Shown: positions 1-12,491 of the stretch, piece by piece
Position numbering within the stretch: position 1 is the stretch's first letter
How the letters are laid out: each line of letters begins with the position of its first letter
NCBI GenBank assembly: GCA_001643675.2
Contig: LSRY02000056.1
Location: 62,001-126,000 of the forward strand
DNA: 64,000 nt
Direction of reading: 5' to 3'
From: Monocercomonoides exilis PA203
Taxonomy: Eukaryota; Protista; Preaxostyla
The notes under the pieces: generated by a model
What the model was told of the DNA's origin: nothing
Seen by the model: the letters and a program-made list of their open reading frames with translations, nothing else
Databases searched by the model: none
Position numbers and translations under genes: made by a program

Positions 1-4
1 GTCA

Positions 5-805
5 ATGTATTCCCTTTCCACTGAAATTTTTGAAATGACCTCCTGCAGTTTCAGAGAAAATAAAGTTAAAAACAAAACATATCATTTTGGAAACGACATT
101 TACATCGTCAATTATGAAAAATCAGTTCCATCTGACTTTCTGAGTACTTCTACATCTACGAGTGAAACACCTCGCTTGTACATTGATGGCTATGGACCTT
201 GCGACGAGTATTGGAAAAAATTGGTAGAGAAAAAAAAGTTCCCTGTTGTGGCAATAGTTTTAATAATTGTCGGAGTTGTAATTTTTGTCGTTGTGATTGT
301 GATCATAATTTGCTGCTGTTGTCGTAAAAAGAAGAAAAGCGATTCGTCAGCGAGTAATGTCGCTACAACTGGCATTGTTGTTGATACAATAGTGGAGCAA
401 CAACAATACGTACCAACTCAAGCAATTAATCCGTCTTGCCAAGGTTACGGCGTGCAGCAACAACAAATGCAATTCTCTGGGATGCAGCCTGGTTTAATGA
501 ATGGGTATTCTTCTTATGGACCTGCTCCATCACAGATGCAACCATCTGGCCAGTATCCTGTTTCAGTTGCCCCAATGATGAACTCACCTCAAGGATCAAT
601 CCAGCAAGCGCAGCCAATGCAGCCAATGCAACCGGTACAACCGATGCAACAAATGCAACCAATGCAACCGATTCAGCCTGCACAGCAACAAGTAGCTTTT
701 ACTATTCCTCAGCAATGCATGACTAATCAGCCTCCAATGGAACAAACACAAGCATACGAGCTTACAGATGTTAATGAAAAGGCCAATGATTTTGTTGTTG
801 CATAA
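5..805 (+). CDS. Single-pass membrane protein, Cys cluster after the TM and Gln/Pro-rich cytosolic tail (probably 5'-truncated by the window edge)
   Basis: Hydrophobic stretch FPVVAIVLIIVGVVIFVVVIVIII followed by CCCCRKKKK, then (MQP)n-type repeats; ends at TAA. Confidence 0.7.
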   Translation: MYSLSTEIFEMTSCSFRENKVKNKTYHFGNDIYIVNYEKSVPSDFLSTSTSTSETPRLYIDGYGPCDEYWKKLVEKKKFPVVAIVLIIVGVVIFVVVIVIIICCCCRKKKKSDSSASNVATTGIVVDTIVEQQQYVPTQAINPSCQGYGVQQQQMQFSGMQPGLMNGYSSYGPAPSQMQPSGQYPVSVAPMMNSPQGSIQQAQPMQPMQPVQPMQQMQPMQPIQPAQQQVAFTIPQQCMTNQPPMEQTQAYELTDVNEKANDFVVA

Positions 806-1823
806 GATGCAAATTGAGTAATGCTTCAATATTGTTGATATTGTCAAAAGTGGCAATTATAATCGACGGAATATTCTCATAAAAGCCTTCTTTATTTCTT
901 TTGAAAACATTTTAAAGGAAATAAAATCCGGCCGTAATATTTTGAATATCCTTTTGATATTTAAAATACTATATCCAAATTTTTTAGCGCTTTGCTAATA
1001 GGGATGAATTTTTAAGCAAGATTTATTGGACTTTTGGGAAAAGAAATTATATGAAGTTTCATTAAATGAATAAATTTTGTTTGATATGTATTTTTTCAAA
1101 GCATTTATTTATGTTCTCTCATTCATTTTGGAATGTTAGGTTAGCATTATTTTGAATTTGACGTTTGTTGTTATTTGAATAATATTTTTCTTTTTGAGTT
1201 GTAAGAAAAATTTCCCAAAGATTTCCAATTTAATGACTTTTAAATAATAATTTATTAAAATTATTATTATTAAAAATTATTATTTTTTTAATTAAATTTA
1301 ATTTTATTTTTTGAGAATTTTATTGATCAAAACGAATCTGTAAGCAATTTTAAGAAAACAGTACTTTGCACGCAATGCTCTGCCTTCATAACTTTTCTTC
1401 TTCTTTTTCAGGTAATACTTATAAAAGCTCAATTAAAAAAGCAATATCTTTTCAACTGAAAAAAGTTTTCTCATAATAACACTTGTAACAAAGAAGTCAT
1501 TCCGAACATTATGTGATTTCATATATCAAACACATAACTTATTGTCTAAAAAGAAAAAAATCGAAAAGCAATGATGATCAATTGATTCAGGAACAAAATA
1601 TTATCCTTCATGAATTTTTGCGAATTATTTTTTCACAAGTTCAACTTCATTGACAAGAAAGACAAAATAAAAAATGGTTGTCCGTGAAGCGATATAAAAA
1701 CAAATAATGTCGGAGCATATGAAATGCATGAAATGAAATTATATTGCAGATGCAATTTATTTTGATATGTAGATTAAGCCCTTTCAGACCATTCATTCAC
1801 TTTCTCATGCTTTGCATGCTGTT

Positions 1824-2219
1824 TCAATATGCCTTTCTCCCCTTTCTTCTTTCTCCAGACTTTCTTTGATTTGATTCTCGTTTTGACCTTTTACCAGAAA
1901 AGCCTTTTCCTTTTGCTGCTCTTCGCTTACAGTAACATGAATGGCTATGATCTTTCAGCATTCCTCGCATTATCCATTTTTCTTTATCTTCTCCACTTTC
2001 TTCTTCTTCTTCTTCTTCTTCTTCTTCTTCGTCATCAGTTTCACTTTCTCTCTCGTTTTCGCTCTCATCTTTGCTTTCATTTTCATCACTGATACCATCA
2101 CGCTTCTCAGTTAAGTGTCTTGCACCACTTTCATTTAATTCATTTCGACTCTCTTTTTCTTGGTGCTTCAAATTATGATCTTTTAATAATATATTATCTT
2201 CCTCTTTTTCATTCAACTT

Positions 2220-2260
<41 letters not shown>

Positions 2261-3787
2261 TTTCTTCTTCTTCTTCGTTTTCATTTTCACCAGCTTCATC
2301 ATCATCTTCTTTGCAATGTTGAGATCTCTCTTTTCTTTCCTTCTTTCTCTTTTCTCTTTTCTTCTTCATTTTGATCATACTTTCGAATACCATTTTCCTT
2401 CTGGCTTTTCCTTTTTTAACGCTTTCTCTGCTGTCCTTCCCAAAGAGTCTGCTCTTCAATTCTTGTATCATCATCGTCATTTCCTTGTATAATTTGTCTT
2501 CCTCTTTCCTTCTCTTCTCACTTAACTCCATCTCATCATTCGATCGACTATTAGAAGTCGGCAACGAACAAGAGCAATGCTTTTCTTCCTGAATGGAATC
2601 CTTTTGCTCATCAAGTTTTTCAACAGCCACACCTTCACTGTCTCTTTCTTCTTCTTCTCTTTTTTCTTCTCCCCTTTCTTTTGCTCCTGTTCTTGCTGTT
2701 TCAATCATTTCGCACAACTGATTAACTTTTTTTGCCACTTTTTGACATCCGACTTTCCATAGGTCAACTCTGATGTCTGTTCTGTCATGCGTATGAAATT
2801 CATAAGTGGCTGCGAGAGGATAACGATATTCTCCGATTGCACAAGGAGAAAGCGATAGAGAAGTCAGATATTTGTTTATGAACTTTTGCAAATAATTCAA
2901 AAATAAAATAAATAATTATATTTTTTGCAAGAATTATCACACATTTCTTGTTGTTGACTTATTCAAAGAATACAAATTTCCTCTACAAAGCTTTAAATGT
3001 GGAATTAGCCCAAGTTTTATTGGTTGAATTATAGAAACAATTACGAGAATAATAGGTTTTTAGAGTAATATTTTAAAAAAGAATGAAAAACCATTGCACC
3101 GATTCTCATAAACATAACATCTGCCCCAGTTTGCCTTGTTCCAAAAGGAGGATTCATAAGCACAGTATCAAACTGTTGCAGTTGGACCGCGCTTGCATCA
3201 AATTGCTGGTATTTTTCTTGGTCATTACACAGAAACCTCAATAAAGGATGCCGTAAAAACAAATTGGGAAGAGACTCTAAAACATCAGCCAAAACAAATT
3301 CAACTTCAACTCCGGCTTGTTTGCAATTTGCCTTTGCAACCTGAATGGCATCTTCATCAATATCTACTCCTATTACATAACTTTTCAAAAAAAGAAAAGA
3401 AAAGAAAAGAAAAGAAAAGAAAAATAGAAGTAGATTATTTCAGAGATTGATTATTTCATTCATTTAAATGCAAATTAAACCTTGCTCCAAGAAGTTTTGC
3501 ACCAATTCCAAGAATCCCTGGTCCACAACCTATTAAACAGAAATATAGCTTTAATAATTGAATACAATTTCAAACCTAAATCTAAAACAATCTTCCCTTC
3601 AATGTCTCCATTTTCAAAAGCTTGATAAAGAAAATTTGAAGCAATTTCAGCAGGTGTGTTATACTGAAAAATAAATCTCAATTTTCATTATTAAAAAAAT
3701 ATGTACTTGTTCGAGAATAACATTTGGTTCATGGAAGGCATCTAACTCCGACAAATCTTGCTCCAAATGCTTCAATCTGCAATTCAT
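1824..3787 (-). CDS. METTL5: rRNA N6-adenosine methyltransferase METTL5 homologue, multi-exon, with long acidic C-terminal extension
   Basis: Spliced reading MNCRLKHLEQDLSELDAFHEPNVILEQ|YNTPAEIA...VLDLG|CGPGILGIG...GVDIDEDA...VLMNPPFGT...LYSLNKSTTRN|...YPLAATYEFH...DIRVDL; SAM-binding DLGCG and NPPF motifs; GT-AG introns in consistent phase. Confidence 0.9.
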
Positions 3788-3871
3788 TTTCGATAAAATT
3801 TTATTATTTATTTATGGCAATATTTCCTTAATTATTTCCATAAACTCAATTATTTTAAAAATTGATTTATA

Positions 3872-5159
3872 ATGAGTTTTGGACAACTTTCTGATGTATT
3901 TAATTGGGTGCAAGCAAAATGTTACAAAGAAGCTTTAAAAGCTGCGGATGCCCATCTTTCAAAGAACCCAAAAAATCCAGAATTATTAATAATGAAAGCA
4001 AAAGCTCTTTTTTATCTCAGAAAAAAGGAACAAGCACTTAAAATTGCAAGAGAAGTTAGAGAATTAAATGACAATTCATCTTATACTCAGTCTGAGATGG
4101 AGGCTTTGTTTTTTATGCTTGAGAAGCCGGAAGATAATGTTGTGAATGCAGAAAGAGCATTTACTTCAACGCCCTCGATTAATAATGCAAATAATTTGTT
4201 CATTTCTGTATGTCTTGCAAGACAATATGCTAGGCAACAACAGGTGTCATTTTTTTAACGAGATTTTTGAATTATTTGTGTTATTTTAAATATTTGATAA
4301 CAGATTGCAACACAATTCTACAAACTTTTTAAACAACCAGCATACTCATATTGGGCTATTACAAGTTTAGCGCAACAGTACTTAACTGCAAAAAGTCCAG
4401 TTCAACGTAACATGTTTTTAAAATTAGGAGAAGGTTATCTGAAGCAAAGAGCAGAAGGAAATGACATTCAAAATCCCTCGGAATTGCAACTATACTTTTT
4501 GTTTTTGAGGGGACTAGGAAAATATAAGCAAATAATTCAAATGCTCGGAGATAAGCGTTACGAACTTATGTTCTCAACTCCAATTGATCGTCTGAACATT
4601 CTAATGAATACAATAAAGGTAATGACAAATAGTCTGTTGAATTCAAAGCAAAAAGCAAATAAAGAGACAGAAGTGAAATTTCCAATTTCAGTCTGCTTTC
4701 TTTTTTCTGCTTTGAATCGAATAGGCAAGTGCTTAATCAAGGAGTTTGATGAGGATGGATGGCTCGGTTACAACATATACTTAGAGTCTCTTCGCTGCTT
4801 AATTGCAGTCTCTTGGACGCGAAAGAAGGAAGAAGAGCTTAGAGAAGTGCTGAACGACTATGAAGGAGCCGGCAATGAAAGCAAGGATGAAAAATTGAAA
4901 TTGCTTGGGTTGAATGAGAAGGAAGCAATTGAGCTAAAAGAACTTGTTGATGCTTTGAACAAAGCGGGGGAAATGCGAGTGAGATTGCCGGAATGGGTGA
5001 ACGACGGAGAGAAATTGGAGAAGATCCAACAGGATTTGTTTCCATCAGACTTGCAAGATCAGTTTAGAAAGACAAAGCTTTTTGGAGATTTTGAATTTGA
5101 TGATTCAATCGAAGAAGCTGAAAAATATTTTAATGAAATTGCAAGCTCATCATCATCAC

Positions 5160-5196
<37 letters not shown>

Positions 5197-8100
5197 TTCT
5201 TCTTCTTCATTTCATAGAGCTCCTCATTTGGCTCTTGCTGAACTGGCTCATTTGAAAGCCACACACACAACATTAATTCGCCGAAGAATGGACCTAAAAG
5301 AAAGACAATTAAAAGAAAGGTGTTTGAGGGAGAGCAGAATGAAAGACGTGGTAACTCGAGGGCTGTCAAACATGTCGTCTTCCTCTTCGACATCTCCCTC
5401 AACCTCCACGACATCCACTGCCATATCATCACCAGAGAGCATCAGCACATCCGCACATGCGATGGATCAGACGTGTGTGCTTGACCTTCATTCTGATATT
5501 TCTTCTGTGCCATCTGCCGTCTCTTCTGCCGCTCTCCTTCCTCCACTCACAGACTTCTTTGCCATCGCAGGGGCAAAGCCATCGTGTGTGAATGAAATAC
5601 TTCCTTTCGTACGCTCTTTGCCGCATATCAATCAGCAGCAGCTGGCCGAAGAGACGCTGAAGATGGCAATGAAAGAGAAGGAAGAGGTCGACAAAATTAG
5701 AGAAACGCTGAAGGAAGGAGAGGAAGATGAGGAGAAAGAGAAGAAGTTCGAAAGCCAGCTGATTCGAGCGTGCAATCGTGTTGCCAATGCAGAGACATTG
5801 CAGATTGTAGCTGATGAGGCATACTTTGAGGGCGAAAGAGCAGAAGGCGAAAAGAAAGACGAGCCAAAAGAACCACAAAAAGAGGAAGAGAAACCATCAT
5901 CTTCTGCTGCTTTAGTTCATCCAGCGCTTCCAGAACTGTTTCAGCTGTTCCACTCGTCTTATGCATTCTTTGTGCAGATCAACAAGAAGCGTGACTCATC
6001 CACACACCTTCCGAAGGGGGTGCCTGAAGGAGCGAAGCTTAAGTCGACGCTGCACAACCCGCCAGACAACTTCTTGGCATCCTTTTCGCTGCCTTCTACA
6101 GCCGTCCGTAGAATATGGAGCGAGGCATTTGGGAAAGAAGGGGACACTTTTGGGTCAAACAAACTGATGGAAATGATTAAGTCGACGAAGGACGACTATG
6201 AGATTCCTGAATCATCGTCTTCGTCTTCTTCGTCTTCTGATTTGTCTGTTTCTTCCATTTCTTCTCTTTCACCTTTGATTCAATCGTTTTCTGCACTGAC
6301 AACAGATTCTCTTCTACCTTGTTCCTTCTCTTTTTTTCTGCCTTCTCCTTCTCTTCTTCTGTACTCTGTTGAAATACTCGAGTCCTGCTTTAAGACACAC
6401 AACGTCGGACATTTTCTTCCTCTCCTGCAGCTGTATCGCCTGTATGGCGCACTTGGCTGCGTTTCTGAAGCAGACAGGATTTACAAGGAGCTGAAAATAA
6501 AACACATCCAAAAAGTGAGCCTGCTATTTTCGATGGGCTTTTTGTGGAAGGTGCTGAGCGTGGGCGAGCTGAATGTGGCGAAGAGACTAATCGATGGGGT
6601 GGAAGGATTGAAGAACGAGTGGAACAAAGAGGAGGGAGAATATCTGAAATGGGTGTTTACACCAAATGTGAAGAGAACAATGAAGAAGAAGGTGAAGAGT
6701 GTGGAGAGTGAATCTGAGAAAAAGGAAGAGAAAGAAGGAAAAGAGGAAGACGGCTCAGAGAAGGCTGATGACGAATGCCAAATGTGTGGCAACTATCACA
6801 TGGTGGAGCACCATCACGCATTCAGACAGAAAATGCTCACAGCGCTGGAATTTGAAGTGGTGTCTGTTGTGCAAAATCTGCTGAACTTGCTTGAAATGAC
6901 TGGAGGAGGGAAAGAGAAAAAACGAGACAAGAAGCCCAAATCCAAAGGAAAAGAGCCGAATGTGGGAGATGTGTGCTCAACTGCAATCAAAAATGTTATC
7001 TTCTCTCACTCTGCAGCAGACAGTTCGCAGCCATCAGCTCAAACTCTTCTCCCTCCGTTTGACTCAGACGCAGCTGTCGATGATTTGCTTGCTGCGTCTC
7101 TGCGCAGCCCATCGTCATTAGCACAGATGAGCGAAAAGCAGTCATCAGCAGATGGGTCCATCTGGGAATCACCCTTGTCGCTCTTCAGAAGAACAGAGTT
7201 TTTCGACTTTGGAGGAGTTGCAGAAGAAAAGGATGGGAAAAGAGGAGAAAAAGAAGGCTCGTCTCAATCGAGTGACTTGCTTTCTTCAGTTTCTGTTTCT
7301 TCTGCTTCGCATTCATTTTACGATGATGCATTCGAAGAACGTTTCAATCAGCTTCTTTTGTTGATAATACACACAATAACACAGCTAACACTTCGATTTT
7401 TGTCTATTTCTCGCATTTATCATTCTTTTACTTCAAACTCTTCTGCTTCTTCTTCCTCTTCTTCTTCCTCTACTTCTTCTTCCTCATCGTCTTCTTCTAT
7501 GCACACTCAGATGATGAAAGAGCAGTTTGAAGAATACACTGTTTATCTTAAAGCTTTGCAATTGCTTCACAATGAACTTATCTCTGGGCAGTCATCATCA
7601 AAAGACGACTCCTCACAAGCTTCAGAAGACGTTCAATCGAGTTCGACCAGCTGTTCAAACAAACTTTCACTTTCTCCTACAACAATGGTTGGGCTGTGTG
7701 CAGAGTTCTTTGCGCTTGTTTCTCCCGTTCTGTCTTCTGTTGCAATGCCTGAAGCTGATTGCACATCAGAATCTGCTGCTTTCGATGCAAGTGCATTTGG
7801 ATTATTTGCCTCGAAGCTTCAAACTCTTTCTTTTCTTCTTTCTTCCTCGCTCACTCTTGTTCACCCACTTTCAATAAATCTTGTCTCGCTCTCTTATTTC
7901 TTCTTCTTCTGCCTTCTTCTGCCTTCTTCGACTGCTTGCACTGCATTCAATGTGCTGATTCGCGGTGCTTCTTCATCTTCTTCGGCTGCTTCTCAGAAGA
8001 AAAAGAACAAAAAGAAAGGAAAGCAAAACGAAAGCGAAAGCGATAACGATAAGGCAATAGTATGGACATATTTATTGACAATTTTTGATTGATATTTATC

Positions 8101-8723
8101 AATTTTTACTCATTTGAATTTTGATTTGTTTGATGTTTCTTTTGATTTCTTTATTAAAAGAAGCTGATGAATAAACTTAAAGCCGATTGTGCAATTATTC
8201 AGCAAAAGCTTCATCCATCCTTCAGAATAATCATGGAATGCTTCTTCAACCTGACGTCTGCTTCTGCACAGCCAATTTTCAATGTTCCTTGTATGGTATG
8301 CTTCTGATGACCATTCATTTTGATGAAAAAATGGATGTATTCAATCTTTTGGAGCGTTTTATAGTTTTCAAAACAAATCTGATTTTTCATATGAAATCAT
8401 TTTGCTATGAACTATTTGTTGTTGTGAATCGTCGCTTTTCTTTCAATTTCTCTTTATTTTTTTAAAATTTATTTTTATTTATTTATTTATTTTTTTTTTT
8501 ACAATTTTATTCACAAAATTTTGATTCTATTCATTTTTTTTCATTTTTTTATTCGATTTTTTCAATTATAATTGTAACATATTATAAACTTATTTAGAAC
8601 GAAGATTATTCAAACGAGCACAATGAGCTTATTCATACAATCAATGAGGAATATAACACGATTCTTCATCGATTTTTGTCATACATTTCACCTCGAGCAG
8701 ATGTTTTGGTATCGTTTGAGTAA
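3872..8723 (+). CDS. NAA25: N-terminal acetyltransferase B auxiliary subunit (NAA25/MDM20-like), multi-exon
   Basis: TPR-like N-terminus (KEALKAADAHLSKNP..LIMKAKAL), ARQQQ|IATQFYKLFKQPAYSYWAITSL, LYRLYGALG...YKELKIKHIQ motifs; last exon NEDYSNE...LVSFE-TAA at 8721-8723. Confidence 0.8.
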
Positions 8724-9593
8724 AAGCCAAAAAGAAACGAACAAGAAATTTAATTCGTTTCATTTGTATTTAGACGCATGAACTTTTTACATTTCCCTTT
8801 TTTCGAGCTAATGCTTGTCATTTGGAGTGTTTTTGACATTTCTAAAGAACATTTTCGTAAATATAAACCTTGATTCTTAATTACATAAAACTTGCATTTT
8901 TTCATATGAATGACTTATGTACTGAATATCAATTGAATCAAATTGAATTGAACACCAACAGAACAATAAATACAAGTACATCATGTCAAACCGTCAAACT
9001 TTTAATCTTAAAACTCATCTGAATGTAATTATCTTTTCAAAAATGCTTTTTTGTTTTTTTGATAGGATTTTTGATGAAACAGATTCTTGGTGTATAATCT
9101 TCTTGTTAGAACAAATCACACAACAAAATAATTCTGGCACAGTTCTTGTTAAAAGTCCTACTTTGAGACAATTTGTGGATACACAAAAAAGTTCGTTTCT
9201 GCAAAAAACACACAAAACTTATTTTTAAAAATGAACAATTACAACGATAAAAAAGTCAAAAAATTGGCAGAAACTACTTTGGTGCACGTTTCATACAAAA
9301 TAATAAAGCTGAAGGAGAAATAAAACCATTTCATTAAAATAGATTCTAACAGATTGCAAAACAGAAAAAGTAGAAATAATCTATATTTCGAATTTAGCAT
9401 TTCAGAAATCGCAATACTGAAAAAACAGCTCATTCAAAACCGAATTCCAAAATATTCTCAAATATACTCCAGATTTTGAAATCACAGCTCGCAAAGATTG
9501 CATTACTCAAACGTTATGAAAAAAGGGACCAATTCAAATAGCTTTGAAACAAATAAGAATGCCGTTCAATCAACATCATTCTTCAATTGACAT

Positions 9594-10807
9594 TCAATCT
9601 GGCTGATCTGCAAAAAGTAATGTTGAAGGATTAGGAACAGCATGTCTCATTGTGCTTTGATTCGGAAGTACATGAGAAGATGCAACTGATGGAAATAGCA
9701 CATTCGATGTGCTTGAAGCTGATTCAGCAGAAGAACAACGCAAACTTTCAGCCTCTGCCAAAATGTTGTATTGAGTAGGTGGCGGATAATATGGACTGTG
9801 CTTTGCCGCAGTGCATCCAATTCCATTATCCGAAACATTTTCATTCAACATAGTTGACAAAGGTGGGAAAGAAGCAGAATTTGAAAAAAGATAAGTTGAA
9901 ACCTGGGCCGAAGAAGATGGAGGGAATGGGGTGGCAGATGGAACATATATTAATTCTCTTCCCGATTGGCTTGATTGAGAAGACGAAGATGAAAATTGTT
10001 CAGAAGGATTAAGCATATGTCTAAAACTTTCAGCTGAAGGAAATAGAATGGAAGCTTCTTTTGAAGTTTTATTTGCTTGTGATGATGATTTAAGACACAA
10101 TTCTTCTCGTTTGTTTTTGTTATGAATATGAAAAAGCATTTCGCATGGTTCCATATATCTCACAATTGCAACCGAGTCAGCATAAGGGTGACAACATTCA
10201 TCACATATTGTCGAAGATATTGCTTGATCGCTATATTCAATTGTTGAATACTCCGCTAACGGAGATTGCCCTTCTTCAAACGAGGGATTAAAAGGAAAAA
10301 AATTATCAAGTTTATTGTCATGATAAGCGTGTGTGCGTTTAATGTATTTTTTCTTTTCGACTGGGGCAAAGCTTTGAATTTCACCTTCATAGAATGCCGA
10401 ATCTTCTCTTTTTCTTGCTTCTTCAAAGGTTTCACAATCCAGGCATGGAATTTTGTGTATGAATCTGAAAAAATGAACAACATTATTAAACAGGAAAAAA
10501 AATGAGCAAACATATCATGATGAACCAATTGTTGAGTTGGAAGAGTATGCATTTCTTCATTAAAATATACGCTTGAATTGTCTGTATCACAAATTTCGTT
10601 CTCCAATTGAGAAGAATATCCTCGTTTCGCATCTTTCATTTCGATAATTATTTCATCTCGACTATTCATGAGAAAATTTTTCTTGTTTCGATATTTTTTC
10701 ATTTTATCTTCAATATGACCAAACTCTTGACACTGATATGATGGTGAATCGTGCACTCCAAAATGCTTATAAATATTTGCCTCTTTACGAAAATTATTTG
10801 TGTTCAT
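9594..10807 (-). CDS. Hypothetical Ser/Pro-rich protein, probably two exons
   Basis: The 9594..10163 frame is open upstream to about 10465 (FIHKIPCLDCETFEEARKRE...), preceded by a ttttttcag acceptor; an upstream ORF starts near 10807. Splice phase not resolved. Confidence 0.45.
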
Positions 10808-10982
10808 TTCCACAATATCAACTAAAAATTCAATAAAACTTTGAAAAGAAAAAATAATATTGGGAGATCAATTTTGAAACGCAAGTGTATTATCCTACAA
10901 GAGAAATGAAATAAACGCAAATAAAAATTTTATTCTTTCTTATCACAACATTCTTGAAAACGCATCGATCTCAAATTCAGAT

Positions 10983-12356
10983 CTAATCATCGTCCTCTGG
11001 AGGCTCATCGCCATCTGACATTCTGCGAGCAGCTCTTCTCAGCAAGTTTCTTTCATCAGCTTTTTGCTCATTCAATTGTTCGTCCAATTTCTCATACATT
11101 TCTCTTTCTTTTTCCATTGTTGAGAAGAATGTTCTCTGTGCAAATTCCTCGAATTCTTTAATATCGTCTCCAACGAAGAAGTTGTCAAATATTGTTCCTG
11201 CTTTAACCTGCCAGACATCAACAGCAATTCTTCGGATATTTGGAAGGATGTAGAATTCATCACGCTTTGAATAAAGAGGATTTTCAATAAGAGGCGGAAT
11301 CCATTCTCCTTTATAGTTTGGATTTGGAAGCATCCTTGGAATCCATTCGCCCTGATACGTTGGATTTGCTATGAGAGGTGCAACCCACGTTCCATTCACC
11401 TTTTCATCCCACCCTTCTGGCTTCAAGGCTCTGGGATCTGGGATAGTTTCGCGATCGTCCCAATCATCAGGTTTCTTGTCCAATGGATCAGGCATTTCTG
11501 GTGAATCTGCCCAATCTTCGGGTTTCTTTGCATTTGGATCTGGTATCTAACATTTGTAATTCATTAGAAAAAAATTTTTTTCCAATATAAACAGAAATAT
11601 ATGATTTGTCAAAAAAAAAAAAAAAAAAAGAAAATGATAAAATTTCTGCAAACATATCGTCGTTCAACAATTGGGAAATCATCAACAAAAGGCCCAGATT
11701 GATAGAGTTCATTGTCCATTCGTATTTCATATGAGCTATTTGGATGAATAATCAAAGTGTACATATGAGTAACTTTGTCGTTCAGCATTTTCAATGGTCG
11801 ATTTGATTGATATCTTTTTCCATTATAATTCCAAATAAACATCACATCACGCTTGTAATGCAGATAAACATCAGGACCAAACATCAGCAAATATGAAGAA
11901 TTTTCGTTGAAAGATTTTGGATCAACTTTATCGCTCAGAAGTTTAATATAACCTCCACCGCAATCAATATCCTGATCAAATTTTACAGTATATGAAATGA
12001 TGAGTGTTTTATCCTTATTAGAAAATGTCTCCCCCAAATCTGCAGAGATCTGATAACGCGATTTATGATCCATTGTTTTCATTCCCATTTGAGTTTCAAA
12101 ATCTCCATACCACTTACCAGCGTCCCACCCCCATGTTCCTCGTGTTCCGTCATTCGCATGTGCATCTGATTCAATCCAATGCTCTCTCCATCCCTCTGTT
12201 AATGTATCAAGAAAAAGTGTAAAAAATAAAACAGCAAATATAAAAAATAAATTGGGCAGTGCTTTCAAAAAACAGAAACTAACTTTTGAACTCTTCTGAA
12301 AAATAAATTTTGGATTGCGAAAAGCAAACAAGAAAAACAAGAATGAGATTGATCAT
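10983..12356 (-). CDS. CALR: Calreticulin-family ER lectin chaperone, three exons
   Basis: Signal peptide MINLILVFLVCFS then KIYFSEEF; DCGGGYIKLL; YLLMFGPD; THMYTLII; P-domain repeats IPDPNAKKPEDW, PDPLDKKPDDWD, GEWIP..I.NP.Y; VDVWQVKAGTIFDN. Confidence 0.93.
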
Positions 12357-12491
12357 TTGAATTATGTGTGAGATCACAATGAATATTTTATTGATGAGCA
12401 ATAAAAAGAATTTGGATCTGCAAGACATATTCAATTGTTTTTGGGTTAAAACCTCCATTATAAAAAAACCCATAAGCTAATTATTCCATAA

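Noticed and set aside
8980-9510. Possible small multi-exon gene on the - strand
   Set aside because: Splice-like signals exist, but I could not build a consistent or recognisable protein.
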